A stretch of 64,000 nt of DNA from Flavobacteriales bacterium (lineage in GTDB: Bacteria; Bacteroidota; Bacteroidia; Flavobacteriales_F; PHOS-HE28). The notes below the pieces were generated by a model. That model ran no database searches, was not told where the DNA came from, and saw nothing but the letters and a program-made list of their open reading frames with translations. The first letter of the stretch is position 1, and each line of letters starts with the position of its first letter. Shown one piece after another: positions 18,259 through 31,271 of the stretch. Location: assembly GCA_020635655.1 (NCBI GenBank), contig JACJZI010000014.1, positions 622 to 64,621 on the forward strand. The letters are read 5' to 3'. The translations under genes and the position numbers were made by a program.

Positions 18259-21200
18259 TCAGCGCAGGAGCAGGATGGTACCGGTCTGCGAGCGGACCTC
18301 CCCGTCCGCGCCGATCATGTCGAGCGTGTAGAAGTACGTGCCTTCCACCAGGCGTTCGCCGGACATCCCGCTCCGGCCATCCCAATCGACATGGACAGCG
18401 CTTCGGTCCAGCACCCGTTCGCCCCATCGGTTGAAAATGGACAGATGCAGCGTGGCACCATCCGGGGCATCCAATGCGATGATGTCGTTGTTGCCATCTC
18501 CGTTGGGTGAGAACACGTTCGGCACGATCAGTTCACAGGGGCCGAAGGTCACCTGCACGCTACCGCTAGCCATACATCCCATGGAGTCGGTGGCCTGGAA
18601 GGAATAGACACCGGTCGCGGAAACGGTCAATTCGTTGCCCAGTGCACCATTGCTCCAGCCGACGTCGGTCAGACCGGGCAACGTGAGCGAATAGATGGCC
18701 CCGGAACAGGGCGTCACCGGATCGAAGTCCCAGATCGCACCTGCGGACACCGAAAGCACGGAAACAGCCGTATCACTGGCGCACCCGTCCCACTCCGCCA
18801 CGCAGCTCCATGTTCCGGACCCGGTGGCATCCAATGGTCCGGGCGTGATCGAGGTACCGTTGAACGGGCCGATCGGGCTCGTCCAGTGGTACTCCGCATC
18901 CGCAGGTCCATCTGCGTTCATGGTGATCGATCCACCCACACAAGCCTGCCAGGGGCCATCGAGCTGAGGCGGATCCGGGATGGCATGTACGGTGACCATC
19001 ACCGCAGCGGCGGGGCTGGTACAGGCGCCCTCGGTCTGCGTCACGAAGTAACTGGTGTCGGCCATCATTGGACCCACGGTCAGGTCATTTCCCGTTCCGA
19101 TGATCTGCGTACCGTTCGGATCAGCATACCAGGTCAGATCCCCGGAACCCTGTGCGGTCACTTCGATCACCTCACCTGCACAGGCGGACAGGTCCGGAGC
19201 GACCAATGGTTGGGTGAACGGCGTGAGGTCCACGATGACGACATCGCTCGTATCGATGCAGCCCAGGTCATCGACCACGATCAACGTGTACCCACCGGCC
19301 TCGGTGGTCTGCAGGAACTGGGAGGGGACCGCGACCGGCTCCCACAGATAGAAAGCCTGTCCGGGGAGACCTTCGAGCAGGGCGGTATCCCCGGGACAAA
19401 GGGTGAAGGGACCCGGTTCGAGCACCTGGGCGGTGGCCGCTCCCTGTAGGATCGTGATGGATGCGAATGTGTTGACGCCGCAGGACGTGATCGCACAGGT
19501 GTAGTTACCCGGCGCCACGATGAGCTGGGACAGCCCGTTCCCCGAAAGCGGCGGCAGCCATTGGATGGAGGTGGCCGCCGGCGCCACCACGTCCACCACC
19601 ACCGACTCGCCCGCGCAAAGGATGTTGTCGTCCAGGCCGGTGCCCAGATAGGGTGTGCCATAGTTCCCCATCATGACGGATGCGCTGCTCACCGTACAGC
19701 CATCGGAGTTGATCAGGTCCACACCATATTCACCGGGGACCTGCACGGCAATGGAACTGCTGTTACCGGGGATCGGACCGTCGGGCCCGTACCATTGGAA
19801 GGCCGTACCCTGTCCGGCCACGCTCAGCAGAACGGTATCCCCCGGACAGACCATCCCGTCAGGTGGTTGCATGGCGACCGAAGGCGGGAATGGCGTGTCC
19901 ACGAACACCAGGCCCGGAGCAGGAAAGGGCCAAACGCACCCGATCCCGAGGTCATAATGAATGGCCTGGTAGAAGAAGATGCCCGGCAGGTCCACGAGCG
20001 CGGTGTCTGGCGATCCAAAGGCACCGATGAGGTCGGAGCCTGACCAATGCACCGAATCGCAGCTGATGCAATCGGTTAGGAACAACGCAACGGTATCGCC
20101 CTGGCACAGGACCTGGTCCATGGGCGGATCGAACGAGGGCAACGACACCCGCGTGATGTAGATGCTGTCGCTTGCAGTGAACAGATACTGGTCGGTGCCG
20201 CAGGGTGCGTTGCTCACGACGACCGTGACGGTGAAGGGGATCCAACCGTCCGCGAACGCACCGACCGACCAGCTCACGGAATCCGTCGTGTACACGGTCC
20301 CCGGCGCGCATCCCGCATCCGTATTGACGTTGATGGCAGTCCCTTCGGGCAGGTCCACGGGGATGTTGTTCTCGTACCAAGTGATGGCCAGGGTGCCCTG
20401 GGCACACCCCACGAGATCGCAGAGTACCGCCGAATCCTGCTCCATTGGCTGTCCCTGATAGTAGAACCGGAATTCGGCATCCGACAGGTCCGGCAGGTCG
20501 AGCGTACCGCCATAGACGGCCGGCAAGCTGTTCACCGCGCTGCATCCTCCCGCGTTGAGCACCTGAACGGTATAGAACGCGGTGGTATCCGCCCAAACGG
20601 TGTCGCCAGGAACGGGAACACCATCCACATACCATTGCAGGCTGTCGACACCGATCAAGGTGGAAGGCCAGATCGGGACCGGCGGCCCGCAGATCTGGAT
20701 CGGCACACCCTGGAACAAGGCCACGTCGACGTTGATGCCCAGTCCGTCGGACAGCAGCACCGTCGGGTATGGCAGGATCGTCACATGGATCGAGTCCATC
20801 CCCAGGGGACATCCTCCGGGAGTGGATACCGTACAGGTGTACCAGCCCGTGGTGGTGGGGATGATCGTCGGTGTGGTCTCACCGGTACTCCAAAGGAAAT
20901 GCAGCGCAGGACCGTTGTGGGGCGGATGCACGACACCGGCCTGGGACCATTGGGCGAACATGTCCATCGACAGCATGGACGGAAAACTGCCCGGCACAGG
21001 TGGATAACAGATGGAGACCGAATCAGCGCAGCCGACCAAATTGTTCGCCATGATGCAGGGCGTGCGTGCATCGTGTTCGCATGCACCGTCCGACCCACGT
21101 TGCCAGAAGTCGTACGGTGCGCGGCCCAGCACATAGGCGCGCGCCAGGAACCCGTCCAACTGGCCCTCGGCCTCCATATCCACGAAATCGCCGTAGTGTG

Positions 21201-22638
21201 GATCGCCGCAATAGCCCCCCAAGGTGTCATTCGCGCTCGCGGCCACGTCCGTCCCCGGCCAGGTCTGGCCATCTGAAGGGAACACCAGATGGTCGGAGAA
21301 GGCACCGCAGAAGACCAGGTCGCCTTCGGTCGTCCAGGCCAATGGACCGGACCGTTTCGCGTCCTGCCCGCCGAACTGCTGGGCATTGGTGAGGACAAGG
21401 TCGGACGCGGCATGCCGGGCGATGAACAGGTCCTCGGTGCCCGTCGCGGTGAACAGTCCCGATCCGTAAAGGTCCTGCATGCCGGTGAACGCGCAGTCGA
21501 ACGTCCCCGATACCGCCAGGCTGTCCCCTTGCAGCGCCATACCGCTCACCGAAAGCGGATGATCCGACCCCATCGACGACGATGCAAGCAGTTGGCCGTT
21601 CGGATCGGTGCGCAAGAGATAATACGCATAGCTGCCATCCGTCTGGACCAGGTCCGGCACATCATCCACGTAGAATTGGTCCCCACGCACATCACCGCAC
21701 AACAGCAGGTCGCCGTTCGGGGCCCGCAGCAGATCGCGGACATGGGTGAACAGGGCACCGCCGTAGCGGACGAACCACTGCTCCTGCCCCGTCGCCGAGA
21801 ACTTCACCAGGAAGGTGGCGTTGTACATGCTGTTCGGATGCTGCAGATCGAAGGTGATGGTGTCGCTGAACTGGCCGGTGACATAGATGCTCCCGGCGGG
21901 GTCCGTCACCAGGTCGATCGCGCGATCGGTGTACTTCGCCCCACCGTGCTTCACCCAAAGCAATGCACCGTCCGCCGCATAGCTCGCGATGAACACGTCG
22001 TAGCCCGGTTGCAGGGTGATCGGGTCCGGCAGGCTGGTGATGGACGTGTTGTCGAACCACATCGTCCCTTTGAAATCACCTGCGATGGTCACCTGGCCGG
22101 TAGGTGATGCGGTGATCCCATAAGGTCGCTCGCCGCCCGCCGTGCTACCGGCCGTGTTGAGCCAGATACGCTGTCCTGTGGCGCCATCAAGCCGGGCGAC
22201 GTACACGTCCGGTGTGCCTTGCGCGGAATAGACCAATGTATCGAACAGGGTGGCCGCGCCCATGAACTGCCCGCAGACCAATACGCTGCCATCGGCTGCG
22301 GGAAAGACCTTTGTGCCGCGATCGATCGCATTGCCCCCCCCGGTCACCAGCCAGTCCAGCGTGCCGTCCGGCTCCCATCTGCCCACGAACACATCACGCT
22401 GGCCGACCGACTGAAAGGTCTGCCCCCCCATCGTCATCGTAGCGCTGAACTCACCGGTGGCGAACAGGTCGCCCGAAGCGTCCACCTGAACGTCGGCTAC
22501 CTGGTCCGCGCCGAGCCCACCGATGTCGATCGCCCAGTGGTCCTGGGCATTCCCATTAACGTGCAATAAGAACACCACAAGAGGCGCGATGCAAACGCGC
22601 GACACCCTCCCCGATCCGAAGCAATGGTGACGTTTCAC
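18259..22638 (-). CDS. Giant surface/adhesin-like T9SS cargo: SBBP-type beta-propeller repeats, many Ig-like modules, type B (gliding-motility-associated) C-terminal domain
   Basis: 1459 aa with a signal peptide. N-terminal repeats resemble SBBP (DASGDLFATGEFSATMTMGG, AADGSVLVCGQFMGAATLFD, DPAGSIYVTGQFSDTITFD). The terminal domain is LIVPNVFSPNGDGNNDIIALDAPDGATLHLSIFNRWGERVLDRSAVHVDWDGRSGMSGERLVEGTYFYTLDMIGADGEVRSQTGTILLLR, which fits the type B sorting-domain pattern. Confidence 0.85.
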   Translation of the reverse strand: MKRHHCFGSGRVSRVCIAPLVVFLLHVNGNAQDHWAIDIGGLGADQVADVQVDASGDLFATGEFSATMTMGGQTFQSVGQRDVFVGRWEPDGTLDWLVTGGGNAIDRGTKVFPAADGSVLVCGQFMGAATLFDTLVYSAQGTPDVYVARLDGATGQRIWLNTAGSTAGGERPYGITASPTGQVTIAGDFKGTMWFDNTSITSLPDPITLQPGYDVFIASYAADGALLWVKHGGAKYTDRAIDLVTDPAGSIYVTGQFSDTITFDLQHPNSMYNATFLVKFSATGQEQWFVRYGGALFTHVRDLLRAPNGDLLLCGDVRGDQFYVDDVPDLVQTDGSYAYYLLRTDPNGQLLASSSMGSDHPLSVSGMALQGDSLAVSGTFDCAFTGMQDLYGSGLFTATGTEDLFIARHAASDLVLTNAQQFGGQDAKRSGPLAWTTEGDLVFCGAFSDHLVFPSDGQTWPGTDVAASANDTLGGYCGDPHYGDFVDMEAEGQLDGFLARAYVLGRAPYDFWQRGSDGACEHDARTPCIMANNLVGCADSVSICYPPVPGSFPSMLSMDMFAQWSQAGVVHPPHNGPALHFLWSTGETTPTIIPTTTGWYTCTVSTPGGCPLGMDSIHVTILPYPTVLLSDGLGINVDVALFQGVPIQICGPPVPIWPSTLIGVDSLQWYVDGVPVPGDTVWADTTAFYTVQVLNAGGCSAVNSLPAVYGGTLDLPDLSDAEFRFYYQGQPMEQDSAVLCDLVGCAQGTLAITWYENNIPVDLPEGTAINVNTDAGCAPGTVYTTDSVSWSVGAFADGWIPFTVTVVVSNAPCGTDQYLFTASDSIYITRVSLPSFDPPMDQVLCQGDTVALFLTDCISCDSVHWSGSDLIGAFGSPDTALVDLPGIFFYQAIHYDLGIGCVWPFPAPGLVFVDTPFPPSVAMQPPDGMVCPGDTVLLSVAGQGTAFQWYGPDGPIPGNSSSIAVQVPGEYGVDLINSDGCTVSSASVMMGNYGTPYLGTGLDDNILCAGESVVVDVVAPAATSIQWLPPLSGNGLSQLIVAPGNYTCAITSCGVNTFASITILQGAATAQVLEPGPFTLCPGDTALLEGLPGQAFYLWEPVAVPSQFLQTTEAGGYTLIVVDDLGCIDTSDVVIVDLTPFTQPLVAPDLSACAGEVIEVTAQGSGDLTWYADPNGTQIIGTGNDLTVGPMMADTSYFVTQTEGACTSPAAAVMVTVHAIPDPPQLDGPWQACVGGSITMNADGPADAEYHWTSPIGPFNGTSITPGPLDATGSGTWSCVAEWDGCASDTAVSVLSVSAGAIWDFDPVTPCSGAIYSLTLPGLTDVGWSNGALGNELTVSATGVYSFQATDSMGCMASGSVQVTFGPCELIVPNVFSPNGDGNNDIIALDAPDGATLHLSIFNRWGERVLDRSAVHVDWDGRSGMSGERLVEGTYFYTLDMIGADGEVRSQTGTILLLR

Positions 22639-22693
22639 ACGGAAAAGTTCGCAATGCGACCATCAACTCCCAAGGACCATCCCCGGAAAGGGA

Positions 22694-25600
22694 TCATCGG
22701 AGAATGGTGAAGTATCCCCTCAGCGTGGTCATGTGGCCTTGGACATCGCGGACTTCGAGCGCATAGTAGTATGTACCGTCCGGCACTGGCTCGTGGGTGG
22801 TGTCGTAGGTCACATCCCAGGGCGCGTTCACGGGGTCGCCAGCGTGCACCAGCACGCCCCAGCGATCGTAGATCCTCACCTCCCCACCGATAGCGCCCAC
22901 CAGGCCCAGGGAAAAGGTATCGTTCATTCCATCCCCATTTGGGGTCACCACGTTGGGTGCGACCGGAGGACAGTCGATCTCCTGCACGAACAGCGTGTCG
23001 GCCGTCGGGCAGCCGTTGCTATCGAACACAGCAACACTGTAGTTCCCACCGTTCTGGACCGTGATGCTCGTGGTGGTATCGCCGGTATTCCAGATCGGAC
23101 CCGAATAGCCCGATGGGACCTCCAATACCAGTACCGATCCGGAACAGAGCGTCATATCAGCACCCAGATCGAACGGGGTCGGTGGATACACTTCGAGGTA
23201 TACGCTGTCCGCTGCGCCCGTACAGCCGTTCAGCGCCGGCACGATACCATACCAGCCCTCATCCGACGGTTGTGCAGGACCCACCACGAGCACCGTCCCG
23301 GAATAGCCCCCGACCGGTGTCGACCAATCCACCGCAAGGCCCGCGGGGCCCAGCACTGACAACGTATCCACGGCATCCAGACAGAGATGGCCCGGTGCGA
23401 TGAGCACCACATCCACCGGAACAGGCACCACGTTGACCGCGATTGACAACGGCTGACCGGTACAGCCCATGTCCTCCTGGACCAGGTAGACGAACAAGCT
23501 GTCCGCCGGTGCACTGATCATGAGATTGCCGCCCATGCCCAGCGGGATCTGCAGTGCCGGGTCCGCATACCAGGTCAGGCTCCCGCTGCCAATGGCCTGA
23601 AGCATGGCATCAGCACCCTGGCAGATGGTCACATCCTCCCCTACCACGGGAACGGTCGGTGTCAGCATCGTCAGGTACAGATCACCCTGAGCCGCACATC
23701 CCAACGGATCGGTGGCCGTCACCCCTACCACGCCCTGTTGATCGGTGATCAGGAACGGTCCCATGCTTCCATCGGACCATTGGGGATCCGTGTAACCAAC
23801 TGGAAGGTCGAGATGAAGCGTGGAACCCGGGCACAAAGCAGTGTCGGCACCCAGGTCGATCGGTGCCGGCTGATGCACGTATAGATGAACACTATCCGCC
23901 GCGCCTGTGCATCCTGCGATACCGGCGCTGGCGATGTACCAACCCGAGTCCGAAGGTCCCAAAGGTCCAACTTGCAACGTATCCGTGGCGAAAAGGCCCT
24001 GCGGTGTGTTCCATTCCACCAGGAAGGGTGAAGGCACCATGGTCACGAATTGTAGCGTTCCTCCTTGACAGACCGTATCGGCGATCATCGCCAGGTCGAT
24101 ATCAGGTGGCTGCACCACGTTCACCGCCACGGGCCAGGCCGGGTTGGTGCACGCACTGTCCGATCGCACCAGGTAGACCATCAAGCTGTCCATCGGCATA
24201 CCCAGATCAAGCTGCGCCCCGAACCCCATCAATTGGGTGAGCGCACTGTCCGCATACCAGGTCAGATCCCCAGGGGCCGTCTCCTCCAACACGACCGGAT
24301 CTCCCGCACAGACGGTGATATCAGAGATGGTCAATGGTCCGCCCATATCATGAAGCGAGACCGGAACAGCCGCACTGGTATCGGTGCACCCGTTGCCATC
24401 CAAAGCGACCAATGTGTAGCTGCCGGGCTGGGTGACCGTCAAGGTGCTGCCGAAAACGGCACCGGGCATCCAGAGGTAGGCCGCCTGACCACCTTGTGCG
24501 AGCAGATCGAGCGTATCACCCGGGCAAAGGGTGAAGGGACCCGGGTCGACGACCTCGGCCTGGGCGGTCCCCATGATGATATCCACGCTCAACAGCGTGG
24601 TGATCCCACATGCCTGGACGCTGCAGGAATAGGTGCCCGGCTGGGCGACCATCTGCTCGAGGTCGCTGCCGCTCAGGGGTGCATCCCATGCGAGCGAGGA
24701 TGCTCCCGTGGTGACCACCTGCAGAAGAACGGGATCCTCACCGACGCAAAGCACACCGTCGGGCAACACGTTCAGGAACGGCGTTGCGTATCCAGTGACG
24801 AGGATCGGGTCCGAAATGAGGTAGCAGCCATTGGTATCGATCAGTTCCAGATAATATTCACCCGGCCATGTCACGTCGATCGAGTCGTTGTTGATCGCGA
24901 TCTGCCCAATGGGTCCATACCAATCGTAGCTACCCAATGCGTTGGTATAGACCGTGGCAATGGAATCCGGGCAAATGATACCATCGGGTGGAAAAACGTC
25001 CAGCTCGGGCACATCCGGGAATTGGATCACATGCCAGGCCGTTTCCGAGAAGGAACATCCGTTCGTATCGACGACCGTACCGGTCACTTGATAGAGGCCT
25101 CCGCCCAAGGCGAGCAGACTATCGCTCCATTGCACGAGGATCCCACCTCCCGACCAGGCAATGGCGTCGCAGCTGTCACAGGTGGCCACCAACAATGCCG
25201 TATCGGAGGGACATATCAGGTCGGGCGCGTCCAACACGATATCCACCGGTGTCGCCGGGAACAAGTGGACGTGGATGCTGTCCTCTGCAAGGACGGGCAG
25301 CAACAATGAATCCGAACCACAAGGGCCATTGAACACAATGACACTGGCCCAGTCATGGCTCCACCCATCCGCATTGGCGGCCACCGGCGCGCCCCAGGGA
25401 CCCGGGTACAGCGATAGATGCACGCCACCATCTATGGTGTACACGTACTGCAGGCCCGCGGGCGGCGTAAAGGGCGATCCATTCAGATACCACGTAGGAG
25501 TGACCATGACGTTCACACCCTCGTAGGGACAAAGGTCCAGGGAGTCGTTCTGATCAGTGTCCTGGGGATAGCTGATCTGAAGCTCCACCGTCATGTTCGG

Positions 25601-27706
25601 GATGGAGAGGGTGGGCCGATCGATCACTTGGACATGGTTCTGGGTGGTGCAACCGAACGGGGTGACCATGGTGAACATATAGGTACCACCGGTGTCGACC
25701 ACCAGCGAATCATCGAACACCTGTCCGCCCGGCCAATGCCAATGGAAGGTGGTGGCGGTGTCCGCATTGCTGCACCAAAGCAGCGCGCTGTCCGGGTCGC
25801 AAATGCTCACCTGCCATGGCGATGGCGAGTCGTTCACCGGTGTCACGTCATCCGAGAGCAGGGGCTGCGCCGGAAAGGGGTGCACCGCCACATGGATGCT
25901 GTCGCTCAGGACGAGGCAACCGCTGCCCGAGGTGCAGGTGACCGCATACGTGCCCGTGGTGCCCACAAATAGAGAATCGGTCGTGTCTCCCGTATTCCAC
26001 GCGAAGTCCAGATCGGGACCGACGAAGAAGAGACGGTGATCGATGTGGAAAGAGAATGATGGATCGATGCCGATGATCGTGCCGCCGCAGACACTGATGC
26101 TGTCCGGACAGGAGAACGCCATTGGACCCTCGCCGAGGCACAACCCGCCTGGCACGTAGTTGCATGGTGGACCATCGCGCTCCCACCAGTCATAAGGTGC
26201 TCGACCCAACACGTATCCGCGCGCAATGAAACCGTCCTTCAGCCCGTTGCTCGTGTCTGCGGCGAAATTCCCATAGTAGGGGTCGCCGCAATACCCCGAC
26301 GGGTTCGGCGTCATGAGCAATTGCTGTCCACTGAATGTGGTGATATCGGCGGCAAAGGCGTCCTCGCAAGGGAATATGATGAGATCCTCATAGCTGCCGC
26401 AGAATACGGGAGAGCCATCCAAAAGGGTGGTGATCTGCCCGGCAAGTTTTTCCTCCCGACCGCCGAATTGTTGACCACCCTTCACGAACAGGCTGTCCAG
26501 GTCATGTTGGAGAACGAAGAGGTCCTGGGGGCCCGTCGCCATCCACTGTCCTGCATGGGCGCTGTCCACCCTGCTGGTGAAGCTGCAACTGAACTGGCCC
26601 AGCACGCTCACGATGCCATTGCGCTCGTCCAAAGCCCGTCCACTGAGCAGGTCCTCTGAAGTGACCACGGTATCGGCCGCCAGTTGGCCATCGGCATCGA
26701 CGCGCAGCAGATAGTATGCATAGGGAGCATTAGCGGCGATCAGATCAGGCACACTGTCCAAGAAGATCATCGTCCCCTGCAGATCACCGAGCACCAGCAG
26801 TTCGTCCATGCTCGACCATTGGATGTCGCGCACATGGTCGAAGACCGCTCCACCCACCCTCCGGAACCAAACCTCGTTGCCGGCGGGATCCAGCTTGAGC
26901 AGGAACGTCGCATTGTACATGGCGTTCGGATGGGTGGTAACGAACTGGATCGTATCACTGAACTGACCGGCCACGTAAACGTTGCCGGCTCCATCATGCA
27001 CCACGTCGATCGCGCGATCGGTGAACTTCGCGCTGCCCTGCACCACCCAAAGAGGTGTGCCACCCGGTGCATAGGAGGCGATGAAGACATCGACGCTTGG
27101 ATCAAGTGAATTGGGGTCCAGCATGCTTGTGAGCGAACTTCCCGCGATGTCCGCGGTCCCGCGAAACTCCCCGGCCATGGTGACGCCACCGCCGGGTGCG
27201 ATGCTCACACCATAAGGACGGTCGCTCGACAGGGCACCCCCGCCCCTTGTCGCCCAGACCAAGTTGCCGGTACTCGCATCCAGAAGGGCCAAAAAGATGT
27301 CGGGGCCGCCGGCTGACGTGAGCGACTGTCCCATCAGGTCCGCGGTGAACATGAATTCGCCGACCACGGCGACCTGGCCGTTGACAACGGCGAGCTTGAT
27401 ACCGCGATCGATCCCTGGCCCCCCACCCTGCCTGAACCAGATCACCTGGCCGACGGGCGACATCTTCGCAACAAATACATCGATGCCCGCGCTGGACTGA
27501 TGGACCACTCCGCCGAATGTGATACTGCCACTGAACTCTCCCGTGAGGTAGATGTCACCCGCTGCATCGGTCTTCACATCCGACACATGATCGTTGCCCG
27601 GACCACCGACATCTTTGGCCCAGTAGGTCTGTGCTTCTACCTCCATCGCACTTGCGACGAATGGAAGCGTGCAGACCAGTACCCGGTATATGGCATTCAG
27701 ACCCAT
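22694..27706 (-). CDS. Giant surface/adhesin-like T9SS cargo, paralogue of the downstream gene (SBBP-type repeats, Ig-like modules, type B C-terminal domain)
   Basis: 1670 aa. Signal peptide MGLNAIYRVLVCTLPFVASAMEVEAQ. The N-terminal ~500 aa align by eye with the 1459-aa neighbour (for example FVAKMSPVGQVIWFRQGGGPGIDRG versus FVGRWEPDGTLDWLVTGGGNAIDRG). The terminal domain is APNVVTPNGDGMNDTFSLGLVGAIGGEVRIYDRWGVLVHAGDPVNAPWDVTYDTTHEPVPDGTYYYALEVRDVQGHMTTLRGYFTILR. Confidence 0.85.
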   Translation of the reverse strand: MGLNAIYRVLVCTLPFVASAMEVEAQTYWAKDVGGPGNDHVSDVKTDAAGDIYLTGEFSGSITFGGVVHQSSAGIDVFVAKMSPVGQVIWFRQGGGPGIDRGIKLAVVNGQVAVVGEFMFTADLMGQSLTSAGGPDIFLALLDASTGNLVWATRGGGALSSDRPYGVSIAPGGGVTMAGEFRGTADIAGSSLTSMLDPNSLDPSVDVFIASYAPGGTPLWVVQGSAKFTDRAIDVVHDGAGNVYVAGQFSDTIQFVTTHPNAMYNATFLLKLDPAGNEVWFRRVGGAVFDHVRDIQWSSMDELLVLGDLQGTMIFLDSVPDLIAANAPYAYYLLRVDADGQLAADTVVTSEDLLSGRALDERNGIVSVLGQFSCSFTSRVDSAHAGQWMATGPQDLFVLQHDLDSLFVKGGQQFGGREEKLAGQITTLLDGSPVFCGSYEDLIIFPCEDAFAADITTFSGQQLLMTPNPSGYCGDPYYGNFAADTSNGLKDGFIARGYVLGRAPYDWWERDGPPCNYVPGGLCLGEGPMAFSCPDSISVCGGTIIGIDPSFSFHIDHRLFFVGPDLDFAWNTGDTTDSLFVGTTGTYAVTCTSGSGCLVLSDSIHVAVHPFPAQPLLSDDVTPVNDSPSPWQVSICDPDSALLWCSNADTATTFHWHWPGGQVFDDSLVVDTGGTYMFTMVTPFGCTTQNHVQVIDRPTLSIPNMTVELQISYPQDTDQNDSLDLCPYEGVNVMVTPTWYLNGSPFTPPAGLQYVYTIDGGVHLSLYPGPWGAPVAANADGWSHDWASVIVFNGPCGSDSLLLPVLAEDSIHVHLFPATPVDIVLDAPDLICPSDTALLVATCDSCDAIAWSGGGILVQWSDSLLALGGGLYQVTGTVVDTNGCSFSETAWHVIQFPDVPELDVFPPDGIICPDSIATVYTNALGSYDWYGPIGQIAINNDSIDVTWPGEYYLELIDTNGCYLISDPILVTGYATPFLNVLPDGVLCVGEDPVLLQVVTTGASSLAWDAPLSGSDLEQMVAQPGTYSCSVQACGITTLLSVDIIMGTAQAEVVDPGPFTLCPGDTLDLLAQGGQAAYLWMPGAVFGSTLTVTQPGSYTLVALDGNGCTDTSAAVPVSLHDMGGPLTISDITVCAGDPVVLEETAPGDLTWYADSALTQLMGFGAQLDLGMPMDSLMVYLVRSDSACTNPAWPVAVNVVQPPDIDLAMIADTVCQGGTLQFVTMVPSPFLVEWNTPQGLFATDTLQVGPLGPSDSGWYIASAGIAGCTGAADSVHLYVHQPAPIDLGADTALCPGSTLHLDLPVGYTDPQWSDGSMGPFLITDQQGVVGVTATDPLGCAAQGDLYLTMLTPTVPVVGEDVTICQGADAMLQAIGSGSLTWYADPALQIPLGMGGNLMISAPADSLFVYLVQEDMGCTGQPLSIAVNVVPVPVDVVLIAPGHLCLDAVDTLSVLGPAGLAVDWSTPVGGYSGTVLVVGPAQPSDEGWYGIVPALNGCTGAADSVYLEVYPPTPFDLGADMTLCSGSVLVLEVPSGYSGPIWNTGDTTTSITVQNGGNYSVAVFDSNGCPTADTLFVQEIDCPPVAPNVVTPNGDGMNDTFSLGLVGAIGGEVRIYDRWGVLVHAGDPVNAPWDVTYDTTHEPVPDGTYYYALEVRDVQGHMTTLRGYFTILR

Positions 27707-27963
27707 GCCTTGGAGCGGTCGCGTTGAGCGACTTCATTCGGAAGATACCCCTTCTGTCCATTCCGCTGTCTGGCCTGTGTCCCACAACTTGGAAATATCC
27801 CGGGGCGATATGCAACTCCGGCTCTCCCGGGCGAGGTGACGATCGGTCGTGTCCAGAGATGCAAGGCTGACGGATCGGCACAAGTCCCATGTCCAACGTG
27901 CCGATCGGTCCGGTCCGGGAACACGGTATCCGCTTTGTTGGACCCGGCGCAGATCATCGCATC

Positions 27964-30624
<2,661 letters not shown>

Positions 30625-30785
30625 TCAGGCCGGTGACCGGGCATGGCAAGTTTTCCACCGTTCCGGCCATGATCTTCAGGGGAACGCGCCGATCGTGGGA
30701 TTGATCGTGAAAAACCCAAGAGCAGGGGAAGGGCCCACTTGCGTTGATGGGCCTAGCTTGCCGCCGTCAAGCATTGAAGCGAAAG

Positions 30786-31229
30786 ATGACCCTGCACCAC
30801 GCATTGGACGAGATGAACACCACACTGCGCCAGACCCGCGCCCGCCTCTTGGCTCCGCTGGACCTTGGACAGCAGGTGGTCCCCGATGACCCCGAGATCT
30901 TCGTGGAGGATGTGCTCCTCTACGTGATGGACGAATGGGGTGCGGACCTGCGCGAGAAGGGCCATGTGCTGGAGCAGGACCACGATTGGAAGGACGAGGT
31001 GAACCATTATCCCCTTTTCCGGCTCCGCATGGCCGGCGGTCGGACCCTGTTCCTCCATTTCACGGGACAATACCCCGGACAACTTCATCTGACCGTGTCC
31101 AAGGCCATGCGTCGCATGAGCCAGTTCAGTGATGCCGAGATGTTCAATTTTCCGCTGCCGGTGACCATGGACCCGAACGTGCTCCTGTTCGGCCTGATCG
31201 ATGGCATGAAGGACATGGCCGTCGCCTGA
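30786..31229 (+). CDS. Hypothetical protein (no family recognised)
   Basis: This ORF fills the gap between clpB and the sixA-like gene. Its acidic/aromatic composition is unlike shadow ORFs (…FVEDVLLYVMDEWGADLREKGHVLEQDHDWKDEVNHYPLFRLRM…). The start is uncertain: ATG at 30744, 30747 or 30786. Confidence 0.5.
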   Translation: MTLHHALDEMNTTLRQTRARLLAPLDLGQQVVPDDPEIFVEDVLLYVMDEWGADLREKGHVLEQDHDWKDEVNHYPLFRLRMAGGRTLFLHFTGQYPGQLHLTVSKAMRRMSQFSDAEMFNFPLPVTMDPNVLLFGLIDGMKDMAVA

Positions 31230-31271
31230 TCCGATCCGGCTGACCTTATCTTGGTGGGGAACACGACCCTG

